Part shown: piece after piece, positions 8,010 to 15,999 of the stretch
Position numbering within the stretch: the stretch's first letter is position 1
How the letters are laid out: each line of letters begins with the position of its first letter
NCBI GenBank assembly: GCA_947085205.1
Contig: CAMTVO010000064.1
Location: forward strand, 1 to 23,906
Length of the DNA: 23,906 nucleotides
DNA from: an uncultured Nitrospiraceae bacterium
GTDB taxonomy: Bacteria > Nitrospirota > Thermodesulfovibrionia > Thermodesulfovibrionales > Dissulfurispiraceae
Reading direction: 5' to 3'
Notes under the pieces: generated by a model
What the model saw: the letters and a program-made list of their open reading frames with translations, nothing else
What the model was told of the DNA's origin: nothing
The model's database searches: none
Position numbers and translations under genes: made by a program

Positions 8010-9824
8010 ATGGAACAATTTTCCCTTTTTAAAAGCAGCAAGGAGCCTGAAACGGAGCAAACCGTCTCCGAAACGCCGTCAACTTCACCTATCGCCCATA
8101 GTCCATCGCCTATTGCCCAGATTTCATTTGACATCGAGGCCACTGGCAGAAATCCCATATCAGACTCCATTGTCGGCATTGCATTATGCAAGGAGAAGGG
8201 CAAGGCATATTATGTTCCGATAAGACATAAGCACGGCGAGAACATACCTGACGCATTAGGCATATTAAAGGAAACACTCGAAAACGAATCCATTTCCAAG
8301 ATAGGCCATAACCTTAAATACGACATCCTCATATTAAGGCAGGAAGGGATTCATGTAAAGGGCAAGTTATACGATACAATGCTTGCAGCTTATTTGCTCA
8401 ATCCCAACAAGCCCGATCACAGCTTCGAAAATGTCGGGCTCGAATATCTCTTCCATAAAAAAAGGGCATTCAACGAAGTGCTCGGGAAACGACATTCATT
8501 CTCTGATGTGCCTATAGAGGAGGCAACGCAGTATGCGGCCGAAGATGCAGAATTGGCGATGGAGCTAAAGGACATCCTCTTTGAAAAACTTGGGAATGAA
8601 GGACTTGAAAAGCTGTATTTTGAAATGGAGATGCCGCTAATTTATATCCTTACAGACATGGAAGAGGCAGGCGTAAGGATAAATAAGGAGAGACTCGAAG
8701 AACTCTCAAAGGAACTGGATAGGGAGCTCGGAATAATAGAATCGAGGATATACTCAATTGCAGGCGAAAGTTTCAATATAAACTCGCCGAAACAGTTGCA
8801 AAAAATACTTTTCGAAAAGCTCGGACTAAAGCCATCGAAGAGGACAAAGACCGGATACTCTACAGGAATGGACGTCCTCCAAGAACTGGCAAGGACACAT
8901 GAACTCCCGATGGAAATCCTTAATTACAGGACATTGTACAAGCTGAAAACAACATATGTAGATGCTTTGCCAAAACTCATAAATAAAAAGACAGGCAGGG
9001 TGCATACATCATTTAACCAGACCGTAACTGCAACAGGAAGATTAAGCAGCAGCGAGCCTAATTTGCAGAACATACCTGTTCGGGGAGAATGGGGAACAAA
9101 AATCAGAGAGGTCTTTATTGCTGCTGAAGGATGCGTCCTTGTCTCTGCAGACTATTCGCAGGTGGAGTTAAGGATACTCGCCCATATGAGCAATGACAGA
9201 GGCCTGATTGATGCCTTTAAAAATGATATTGATGTGCACACAAGGACAGCTTCGGAGCTGTTCGGCATTCCAAAAGAGTCTGTAACAGAAGACATGAGGC
9301 GTATAGCAAAGACAGTGAATTTCGGAGTTGTGTATGGAATAAGCCCCTTTGGCCTGTCAGAGGCGCTTGATATATCACCCAAAGAGGCAGGCAGTTATAT
9401 AAACCGGTATTTTGATAAGCATGGCGGCGTTAAAAACTATATGGAAAATACCATTAAGACAGTGCAAAAGACAGGATATGTCACAACCCTGATGGGCAGA
9501 AAAAGGCCGATCCCCGAGATCAACAGCCATAACTCAAACATCAGGCAACAGGCTGAAAGGCTCGCAATAAACACGCCCATTCAGGGAACTGCCGCTGATC
9601 TGATAAAGATAGCAATGATAAACATCTCGAATAGACTCAAAGAAAAAAATCTCAAGACAAGGATGGTCCTTCAAATCCATGACGAACTTCTGTTTGAAGT
9701 GCCTGAGGATGAGCTTGAAACTGCTAAAAATCTGATTAAATATGATATGGAGAATGCCCTTGCCCTATCAGTGCCATTGAAGGTTGATATCGGGCACGGT
9801 AAAAACTGGGCAGAGGCGCATTGA
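8010..9824 (+). CDS. polA: DNA polymerase I C-terminal part: 3'-5' exonuclease + polymerase (Klenow-like; split polA)
   Basis: ExoI FDIEATG, ExoII GHNLKYD, ExoIII YAAEDA; TGRLSSSEPNLQNIP; motif A DYSQVELR, motif B RRIAKTVNFGVVYG, motif C QIHDEL. All intact. Confidence 0.95.
   Translation: MEQFSLFKSSKEPETEQTVSETPSTSPIAHSPSPIAQISFDIEATGRNPISDSIVGIALCKEKGKAYYVPIRHKHGENIPDALGILKETLENESISKIGHNLKYDILILRQEGIHVKGKLYDTMLAAYLLNPNKPDHSFENVGLEYLFHKKRAFNEVLGKRHSFSDVPIEEATQYAAEDAELAMELKDILFEKLGNEGLEKLYFEMEMPLIYILTDMEEAGVRINKERLEELSKELDRELGIIESRIYSIAGESFNINSPKQLQKILFEKLGLKPSKRTKTGYSTGMDVLQELARTHELPMEILNYRTLYKLKTTYVDALPKLINKKTGRVHTSFNQTVTATGRLSSSEPNLQNIPVRGEWGTKIREVFIAAEGCVLVSADYSQVELRILAHMSNDRGLIDAFKNDIDVHTRTASELFGIPKESVTEDMRRIAKTVNFGVVYGISPFGLSEALDISPKEAGSYINRYFDKHGGVKNYMENTIKTVQKTGYVTTLMGRKRPIPEINSHNSNIRQQAERLAINTPIQGTAADLIKIAMINISNRLKEKNLKTRMVLQIHDELLFEVPEDELETAKNLIKYDMENALALSVPLKVDIGHGKNWAEAH
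8088..8120. repeat. 7-bp tandem repeat inside the polA C-terminal ORF
   Basis: CCTATCG-CCCATAG-TCCATCG-CCTATTG-CCCAG; encodes PIAHSPSPIAQ just before ExoI. Confidence 0.8.
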
Positions 9825-9893
9825 TGTTTAACATTTAAATTTATTTTGTTATATAATTAGCTTAAATCGGCAATTGCTTTAATTGGGGGGGAT

Positions 9894-11060
9894 ATGAAAA
9901 AGCAGGAACTCACAGGGAAAAACATCTCTGAGTTAAGGACAATGGCAAAAAAAGCCGGGATAACCGCTAAGAGCAACTGGAAAAAGGAAGACTTCATAAA
10001 AGCGATCTCTAAAGAAAAACCGGCAAAAAAGAAAACCGAAAAAAAAGCAGCTAAACCATCAAAGAAAAAAGCGCCGACTAAAAAAACCGCTGCCAAAAAA
10101 ACCGCCGCAAAGGCAAAACCACAAAAACCGGAAAAGAAGACAAAAAAGAAAATAGAGGTCAAGAAAGCTAAGGCTCCTGCAAAAGCTAAAATCAAAGCCC
10201 CTGTGAAACTTAAAGCAAAAGCACCCTCGAAGGTTAAAGCAAAGACGCCAGAAAAGAAAACTGCAAAAAAAGCAGTAAAAAAAGCAACACCAAAACTGAT
10301 AAAAAAAGAGATTGAAGCGCCCCTTGAGAAATTGACAGTCGCAGAACTCAAAACACTTGCAAAGGAACTCAATATACCTTTAAAGAGTGGTTTTAAAAAG
10401 GCTGATATTATCAAAGCCATAAGCAAAGCAAAAGTCAAAACTGAAAAGCCGGTGCCCAAGAAAGCAAAAAGGGCCGAAGCACCCAAACCAGCGCCGGCAA
10501 AGAAAGAGAAAGAGGCGGTTAAAAAAGTTACAGCCGCTAAAAAACGGGTTGTGATTTCAGAAATATTGCCTAAGGCATTAAAAAAAATTCCAGAGAAGTT
10601 GAAAAAAACGCCAAAAGCTCCTGAAGAACCGGTAAAATACCTTGTACCGGAGGAGATGCCACTGCTTCCGATAGGATACGGGGAGAACAAGCTTGCATCC
10701 ATGCCTGTAACTCCAAGCCAGATATATGTTTATTGGGAGATAACAGAAGATACCATATCCCAATACAGAGGAAGCCTAAATCTAAAAATAGTAAATTCAA
10801 AGACGAATGCCTTTTTCTATCTACCATTATCAGAAAGGATAGGCGAACACTTCATTAATGTCAGACCTGCTGCTGAATACAATGTGGAGATAGGGGTTAT
10901 AAATTATAAGGGAGAATTTGTTAAAATATTGCATGCCCTGCCGGTAGAAACCCCTGTATCAGGCGTGTCGTCGAGGGAAGCTCCCTCCGCAGGAGCAGAA
11001 GAAGCAGCCGAACTGCCGGAAGAATTCTTCGAAACACCGGAATCCATAAGCTCCTATTAA
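9894..11060 (+). CDS. Protein with two Rho-N-like helical domains, Lys/Ala/Pro-rich histone-H1-like linkers and a C-terminal DUF4912-like domain
   Basis: LTGKNISELRTMAKKAGI..WKKEDFIKAI and LEKLTVAELKTLAKELNI..FKKADIIKAI; repeats such as KKTAAKK and KAKAP; LPIGYGENKLASMPVTPSQIYVYWEI. Confidence 0.75.
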   Translation: MKKQELTGKNISELRTMAKKAGITAKSNWKKEDFIKAISKEKPAKKKTEKKAAKPSKKKAPTKKTAAKKTAAKAKPQKPEKKTKKKIEVKKAKAPAKAKIKAPVKLKAKAPSKVKAKTPEKKTAKKAVKKATPKLIKKEIEAPLEKLTVAELKTLAKELNIPLKSGFKKADIIKAISKAKVKTEKPVPKKAKRAEAPKPAPAKKEKEAVKKVTAAKKRVVISEILPKALKKIPEKLKKTPKAPEEPVKYLVPEEMPLLPIGYGENKLASMPVTPSQIYVYWEITEDTISQYRGSLNLKIVNSKTNAFFYLPLSERIGEHFINVRPAAEYNVEIGVINYKGEFVKILHALPVETPVSGVSSREAPSAGAEEAAELPEEFFETPESISSY

Positions 11061-11078
11061 GTCATTATTAATAAGGCA

Positions 11079-11160
11079 GCGAGAGTGGCGGAACTGGCAG
11101 ACGCGCTGGACTTAGGATCCAGTGGGGCAACCTGTGGGGGTTCAACTCCCCCCTCTCGCA
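11079..11160 (+). tRNA. tRNA-Leu (anticodon TAG)
   Basis: Acceptor stem GCGAGAG/CTCTCGC with discriminator A; anticodon arm CTGGA-CTTAGGA-TCCAG; long variable arm; T-loop GGTTCAACTCC; CCA not encoded. Confidence 0.97.
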
Positions 11161-11180
11161 TTTTTAGATTTCTCAAATAT

Positions 11181-11480
11181 CTATGACTGCTTTGCCCAGT
11201 AAAAATGCATCTGATTTTCGCCGTGAACCTGTTTCCTCGGCGCACATTTCCTTTTGAGCCAGTATTTGCTCAGATCTACCGCGCAGCCGATGGTCTCTTT
11301 TACCGCCTCTTTGTCGAAATAGATGACCGGCTCAGCGTGGTTATGGGCATCGTAAAAAACCTCTGTGTCGTCTTCGAGCCTTATTCCCTTTCTTTCAGCC
11401 TCGCTCCTTGCCCATGCCGCAACTTTGTGCCCGTACTTTTTCCTGAAGTCTCCCCAACATCCGATGTGCAGTAATTTCAA
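11181..11480 (-). CDS. Hypothetical protein (99 aa)
   Basis: TTG start preceded by GGAGG; 14 bp downstream of the RHH gene; no recognisable motif. Confidence 0.6.
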   Translation of the reverse strand: MKLLHIGCWGDFRKKYGHKVAAWARSEAERKGIRLEDDTEVFYDAHNHAEPVIYFDKEAVKETIGCAVDLSKYWLKRKCAPRKQVHGENQMHFYWAKQS

Positions 11481-11494
11481 TTTCTTTTTCCTCC

Positions 11495-11689
11495 TTATAT
11501 TTTGTTTTTACTTTGTTCTATCGCAATAGCCCTAAGAGCATATTGCCTGATAACCGCAGCTATCGAGGTCTGGAGCATGTCTGCCATCTCCTCGAACTTC
11601 TCAAAGTCCGTATTTGTAAACCTCACAAGAACGGCCTTTACCTTCAGCTTTTCTTTGGGCTTTCTCGCTTTTTTTACCTTTTTTCCCAT
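11495..11689 (-). CDS. Small ribbon-helix-helix (CopG/Arc-like) DNA-binding protein
   Basis: Basic N-terminus; alternating beta-strand KAVLVRF; helix TDFEKFEEMADML; turn; helix SIAAVIRQYALRAI. Confidence 0.7.
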   Translation of the reverse strand: MGKKVKKARKPKEKLKVKAVLVRFTNTDFEKFEEMADMLQTSIAAVIRQYALRAIAIEQSKNKI

Positions 11690-11695
11690 TCTTTA

Positions 11696-11785
11696 AATAG
11701 TAATTATTAGAAATTAAATATAACTAAAAATAATTTTTAATAGTTCTTAGGAACTAATAGTAACTATTATTAAACCGTTTGTCAA
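11696..11785 (-). promoter_or_regulatory. Promoter of the RHH operon with overlapping palindromic operators
   Basis: TTGACA (11780-11785)-N17-TACTAT (11757-11762). Palindrome TAATAGT-A-ACTATTA (11755-11769) covers the -10; near-copy AATAGTAATTATTA at 11696-11709; near-palindrome TAGTTCTTAGGAACTA at 11741-11756. Confidence 0.7.
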
Positions 11786-11823
11786 TATTTTTTTTATGAA
11801 AATCAATTTTTTTCGGGATGATT

Positions 11824-11872
11824 CAAGCTACGGTAAAAATAGCTTGCAGACTAATTTCTTTTGCGATATGCT
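11824..11872 (+). promoter_or_regulatory. Candidate promoter of the oxidoreductase operon with an inverted repeat overlapping the -35
   Basis: TTGCAG (11844-11849)-N17-TATGCT (11867-11872), 9 nt before ATG 11882; CAAGCTA-N9-TAGCTTG at 11824-11846. Confidence 0.45.
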
Positions 11873-11881
11873 TTTAAGCAT

Positions 11882-13600
11882 ATGGATTACTCGATAAAAA
11901 TCGGCGGAGAGGCAGGTCAGGGAATACAGACCATAGGCGACACTCTTGCGCTTGTTTTCTCACGATCTGGCTATCATGTGTTCACGCATCAGGACTATGA
12001 ATCACGAATAAGAGGCGGGCATAACTTCTTTCAGATTAGATTTTCGGATAAGCCCATAACCGCATCACGGGAGAATATCGATATTCTAATTGCACTCGAT
12101 AAAGAAAGCTTTGACCAGCATGAAAAAGAACTGTCTGAGCTTGGCCAGATAATCTACGACTCAGCCACGCTAAAGCAGAAGCATGAAAAACCTTATTCCC
12201 TTGATATTCCCTTTGTAAACCTTGCAGTTGAGCACGGCGGGAACAAGATAATGGCCAATACCGTTGCAACAGGCGCAGTGATCGGAATGCTTGGAATGGA
12301 GTTGGACATACTGCTCGATATTATAAAAGACACTTTTAAAAAGAAAGGCGAAGATGTTATAAAGGCGAATATCAATGCTGCAATGGCAGGACATGATCAT
12401 GCTGTAAAGCAATGCATCAAGTGCTCTTTCTCTGCATCACCCCTTTCTAAACCTAAAATGTTAATTGCAGGCAATGACGCCATAGGACTTGGTGCAATTG
12501 CATCTGGATGCAAATTCTATGCTGCATATCCTATGACACCTTCAACAGGAATCATGCTCTATATCGCAAGCAAGGCAAAAGAGTACGGCATTGTCGTTGA
12601 ACAGGCAGAGGATGAGATTGCGGCAATAAACATGGCATTAGGCGCATCCTTTGCAGGTGTGAGGGCTATGACAGGAAGTTCGGGCGGCGGTTTTGCATTG
12701 ATGGTTGAAGGTCTTTCGCTTGCTGCAATGACCGAGACTCCGATAGTTATCGCCCTTGCACAGAGACCCGGCCCCGCAACAGGCTTTCCGACAAGGACGG
12801 AGCAGGCCGAACTTCAATTTGCATTATACACTGCACACGGTGAATTTCCGAGGGTTATCTTTGCTCCCGGAACGCCTGAGCAGGCATTTTATCTTACAAA
12901 TAAGGCATTTGACATAGCAGAAAAATACCAGATACCTGTTCTTATTCTCACGGACCAATACCTTGCTGACTCACAATGGACATTCGATGGTTTTGACATC
13001 AGCAGACTCAAATATACAGACTATAGGTTGAGGGGAGATGTATTCAGAAATCTTCCCGAATACAAGAGACATGGATTTACCGAGAACGGCGTGTCTCCTC
13101 TCGGAGTGCCCGGAGATTCAAAGCATGCAGTTGTCGTTGACAGCGACGAACATGATGAAGATGGGCATATGGTTGAAGATGCCGAAACCCGCAAGAAGAT
13201 GATGGACAAGAGGTTATTCAGAAAATTGCCTCTTGTGATAAACGAGATGGAACCGCCTCTCCTTTACGGCGATTCCGACCCAGAAATCGTAATTGCGGGA
13301 TGGGGTTCTACATATGGCGTGATGAAGGAGTATGTTGATGCGCTCTCGAAAGAGCACAGTATTGCGATGCTCCATTTCAGCGAGATATATCCGATTCCTC
13401 CAACGAATAAATTTAACTACATGAATGTATTAAAAAATGCGAAGATGACCATATGTGTCGAAAACAATGCCACAGGCCAGTTTGCACGTCTTATGAAGAC
13501 AGAGACCGGATATACATTCTCAGGGTTAATTAATAGATATGACGGAAGGCCGTTTACCGTAGAATCTTTGATAGGAGAGATAGATGCCGTCATTAGATGA
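11882..13600 (+). CDS. korA: 2-oxoacid:ferredoxin oxidoreductase alpha subunit (gamma-alpha fusion)
   Basis: IGGEAGQG, YESRIRGGHN, YPMTPST, QAEDEIAA, QRPGPATGFPTRTEQ, VENNATGQ. Start placed at ATG (MDYSIK). Substrate specificity not determinable. Confidence 0.88.
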   Translation: MDYSIKIGGEAGQGIQTIGDTLALVFSRSGYHVFTHQDYESRIRGGHNFFQIRFSDKPITASRENIDILIALDKESFDQHEKELSELGQIIYDSATLKQKHEKPYSLDIPFVNLAVEHGGNKIMANTVATGAVIGMLGMELDILLDIIKDTFKKKGEDVIKANINAAMAGHDHAVKQCIKCSFSASPLSKPKMLIAGNDAIGLGAIASGCKFYAAYPMTPSTGIMLYIASKAKEYGIVVEQAEDEIAAINMALGASFAGVRAMTGSSGGGFALMVEGLSLAAMTETPIVIALAQRPGPATGFPTRTEQAELQFALYTAHGEFPRVIFAPGTPEQAFYLTNKAFDIAEKYQIPVLILTDQYLADSQWTFDGFDISRLKYTDYRLRGDVFRNLPEYKRHGFTENGVSPLGVPGDSKHAVVVDSDEHDEDGHMVEDAETRKKMMDKRLFRKLPLVINEMEPPLLYGDSDPEIVIAGWGSTYGVMKEYVDALSKEHSIAMLHFSEIYPIPPTNKFNYMNVLKNAKMTICVENNATGQFARLMKTETGYTFSGLINRYDGRPFTVESLIGEIDAVIR

Positions 13601-14435
13601 TTACAAGGGACAGACCCCTGCATGGTGTCCGGGATGCGGCAACTTCAGCATCTTAAAGACATTCAAAGATGCAATGGTCGAAATGAGCATCGAGCCTCAT
13701 CAATTCACCATCGTCTCCGGAATCGGACAGGCAGGAAAATTCCCTCATTATCTGAAATGCAATACCTTCAACGGTCTTCACGGAAGGACGCTTCCTGTTG
13801 CAACAGCCATAAGGCTCGCAAATCATGCGATGCTCGTCATCGCAGTTGCAGGAGACGGCGACTGCTACGGAGAGGGAGGCAACCATCTCATGCACGCAAT
13901 GAGGAGGAATATAAATGTCAAACTATTTGTACATGACAACCAGATATACGGCCTGACAAAAGGACAGGCATCTCCAACGAGCATGGAGGGAATGGTGACG
14001 AAAAACCAGCCATTCGGCGTTCTTTCAGAACAGCTTAATCCAATTGCGCTTGCAATAGCCCTCGATTGCAGTTTTGTGGCAAGGGGATTTGCAGGCGATG
14101 CGGAACATCTGAAAGGATTGGTAAAAAAAGCTATTACTCATACGGGCTTCACGCTTGTGGATATTTTACAGCCATGCGTTACATTCAACAAAATCAATAC
14201 CTATGAATGGTACAGGCAGAGGGTTTATCGAATAGAGCCAGAATACAATCCCGAAGACAGGGCAGAAGCGTTCAAAAAGGCGCTGGAATGGGGAGAGAGA
14301 ATTCCGATAGGCATAATCTATAGAAACAACAGGCCTACCTTTGAGGAGAGGATACCTGTCATCAAAGATGCGCCGCTTGTAAAGCAGCCGTTTGATTTAT
14401 CAAACCTCGAAAACACCCTCAAAGAGTTTTATTAA
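13584..14435 (+). CDS. korB: 2-oxoacid:ferredoxin oxidoreductase beta subunit
   Basis: WCPGCGN, SGIG, LHGRTLP, TPP motif GDGD...DNQIYGLTKGQASPT, QPCVTFN. Confidence 0.9.
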   Translation: MPSLDDYKGQTPAWCPGCGNFSILKTFKDAMVEMSIEPHQFTIVSGIGQAGKFPHYLKCNTFNGLHGRTLPVATAIRLANHAMLVIAVAGDGDCYGEGGNHLMHAMRRNINVKLFVHDNQIYGLTKGQASPTSMEGMVTKNQPFGVLSEQLNPIALAIALDCSFVARGFAGDAEHLKGLVKKAITHTGFTLVDILQPCVTFNKINTYEWYRQRVYRIEPEYNPEDRAEAFKKALEWGERIPIGIIYRNNRPTFEERIPVIKDAPLVKQPFDLSNLENTLKEFY

Positions 14436-14443
14436 GCTTTCTA

Positions 14444-15256
14444 CTATCCAAGTCCCACATCAAGCATCATCATGACGACAAAGCCGATAATCGCCCCCAT
14501 TGTCGCTATATCTGTATTCCCTCCTCTTTGGGATTCTGGAATTAATTCTTCAACTACGACGAATATCATCGCACCTGCTGCAAAGCTCAGGGCATAAGGC
14601 AGTATGGGGCGAGAAAACATAACCGCTGCTGCACCGATAACACCTGCAATTGGTTCAACAATTCCTGATAACTGTCCGTACCAGAAGCTCTTAAATCTTG
14701 ACATGCCCTCACGCCTAAGAGGCATGGAGACTGCAACTCCTTCAGGAAAATTCTGAAGCCCGATACCAACTGCAAGGGCTACCGCTCCTGCAAGGGTAGC
14801 TGATGGGAGTTCCGCCGCGACCGCGCCGAATGCGACTCCTACCGCAAGACCCTCTGGTATATTGTGCAGTGTTACAGCAAGGATGAGTAATGTAGTCCTT
14901 CTCCATGAAGTCTTAATGCCCTCGGCCTCCGCCATAGGGAATCCGAGATGGAGATGCGGAAGGATTTTATCGATGACTCTCAAAAAAACAGCGCCAGCAA
15001 GGAATCCTGCGGCAGGAGGAAGCCACTGCGGCATACCCATGTCCTTTGACATCTCGATGGCTGGTGCAAGTAGAGACCAGTAGCTTGCAGCAATCATAAC
15101 CCCACCTGCAAAACCTAACATACCGTCGAGGAGTTTTCTGCTCACGCTTTTTGCCATAAAAACAACAGATGCTCCAAGAGCTGTTACCAGCCATGTAAAG
15201 CATGTTGCAATGAGAGCCTGAGTTACCGGATGAAAGTCTTTTATAAAATCAAACAT
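14444..15256 (-). CDS. ZIP family divalent metal transporter (GufA/ZupT-like)
   Basis: [11 protein letters not shown] and [10 protein letters not shown] motifs, VVEELIPE, multiple transmembrane segments. Confidence 0.93.
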   Translation of the reverse strand: MFDFIKDFHPVTQALIATCFTWLVTALGASVVFMAKSVSRKLLDGMLGFAGGVMIAASYWSLLAPAIEMSKDMGMPQWLPPAAGFLAGAVFLRVIDKILPHLHLGFPMAEAEGIKTSWRRTTLLILAVTLHNIPEGLAVGVAFGAVAAELPSATLAGAVALAVGIGLQNFPEGVAVSMPLRREGMSRFKSFWYGQLSGIVEPIAGVIGAAAVMFSRPILPYALSFAAGAMIFVVVEELIPESQRGGNTDIATMGAIIGFVVMMMLDVGLG

Positions 15257-15265
15257 CGTTAAAAT

Positions 15266-15294
15266 ATTCTATCTTACGTTTTTAGCAATGTAAA
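15266..15294 (-). promoter_or_regulatory. Sigma70 promoter of the ZIP gene (very short leader)
   Basis: TTTACA-N17-TAGAAT, 9 nt before the ATG, no SD. Confidence 0.55.
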
Positions 15295-15391
15295 TAAAAA
15301 AAGAATTTACAAATGTGAATATTAGTTGCAATCAGCTTTTTTTCTTAGTAGAATTGAATTTAAAAGCACCTAAAGAAAGGAGGTGAAGCAA

Positions 15392-15766
15392 ATGAAGGTT
15401 TTAAGAATCGCACTGTTGTCCATGATGGCACTTGGGCTGCTATTCTCGGTTGCTCTTGCAGCCAAGCACTTACCAGAGGAGCGCGGAAAGGCACTTTTCA
15501 CTGACCCGAAATTTGCCGGCGGAAGCAAGTCATGTAATGAGTGTCATCCCGGCGGGAAGGGTTTAGAGAAGGCTGCTGAGAAGAAAGAGTTCAAGATAAT
15601 GGGAAAGACCCAGAAAAGTCTTGAGGAAGCCGTGAATTTCTGCATTGAGAATGCTAACAAAGGCAAGCCGATAGATCCCAAGTCGGACCAGATGAAGGAT
15701 ATCGTCACTTATATCACGTCTCTCGCAAAAAAACCAGCGGAGGCACCGAAGAAACCTGGATACTAA
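15392..15766 (+). CDS. Periplasmic monoheme c-type cytochrome resembling a single TsdA/SoxA domain
   Basis: Sec signal peptide (…VALA), CNECH, downstream SLEEAVNFCIENANKGKP. SD AAGGAGG favours ATG 15392. Confidence 0.8.
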   Translation: MKVLRIALLSMMALGLLFSVALAAKHLPEERGKALFTDPKFAGGSKSCNECHPGGKGLEKAAEKKEFKIMGKTQKSLEEAVNFCIENANKGKPIDPKSDQMKDIVTYITSLAKKPAEAPKKPGY

Positions 15767-15768
15767 AA

Positions 15769-15802
15769 ATGAAGGGGAGGGATGATAATCGCTCCCCTTC
15801 AT
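15769..15802 (+). terminator. Stem-loop after the cytochrome gene (probable terminator or transcript stabiliser)
   Basis: ATGAAGGGGAG...CTCCCCTTCAT, an 11-bp perfect stem; no clear U-tract on the + strand. Confidence 0.65.
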
Positions 15803-15999
15803 AGTATCTGGCGTGATGGGTCCTGCCACCACCTCTATTTATGAGGAAATTCGTTCCCCATCGTTATTTTGCATACAGCACATTGATTTTTGGCTTTATC
15901 CATCTCATCTTTAAGTGGAGGAGGCTGCTTAATTATTTCAGGTCATTTAAAATAAAGCAACAATTGTGATAAGATTTAAAAAACGAAAGGAGAAAAGAA

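Noticed and set aside
6082..8088. Imperfect inverted repeat GGGAATTTGACGATG (6082-6096) / CGCCGTCAACTTCAC (8074-8088) as possible element ends or inversion sites
   Set aside because: Only 11/15 match. Removing 6082-8088 does not restore the polA frame, inversion gives no polA sequence, and there is no target duplication or recombinase.
9857..10702. 281-aa hydrophobic ORF on the minus strand
   Set aside because: Antisense shadow of the Lys/Ala-rich gene (AAA read as TTT gives Phe-rich text).
11160..11880. attR-like duplication of the tRNA-Leu 3' end, or an integrase
   Set aside because: No repeat of the tRNA 3' sequence and no integrase were seen, so an integrated element is not called.
15289..15311. 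TGTAAAT-N9-ATTTACA palindrome as a metal-regulator box
   Set aside because: Can be explained by back-to-back TTTACA -35 elements of divergent promoters, and does not match a Zur or Fur consensus I can confirm.
15830..15945. Short minus-strand frame containing CAVC (…DEMDKAKNQCAVCKITMGNEFPHK*)
   Set aside because: Very short, no SD, no recognisable family; may be chance.
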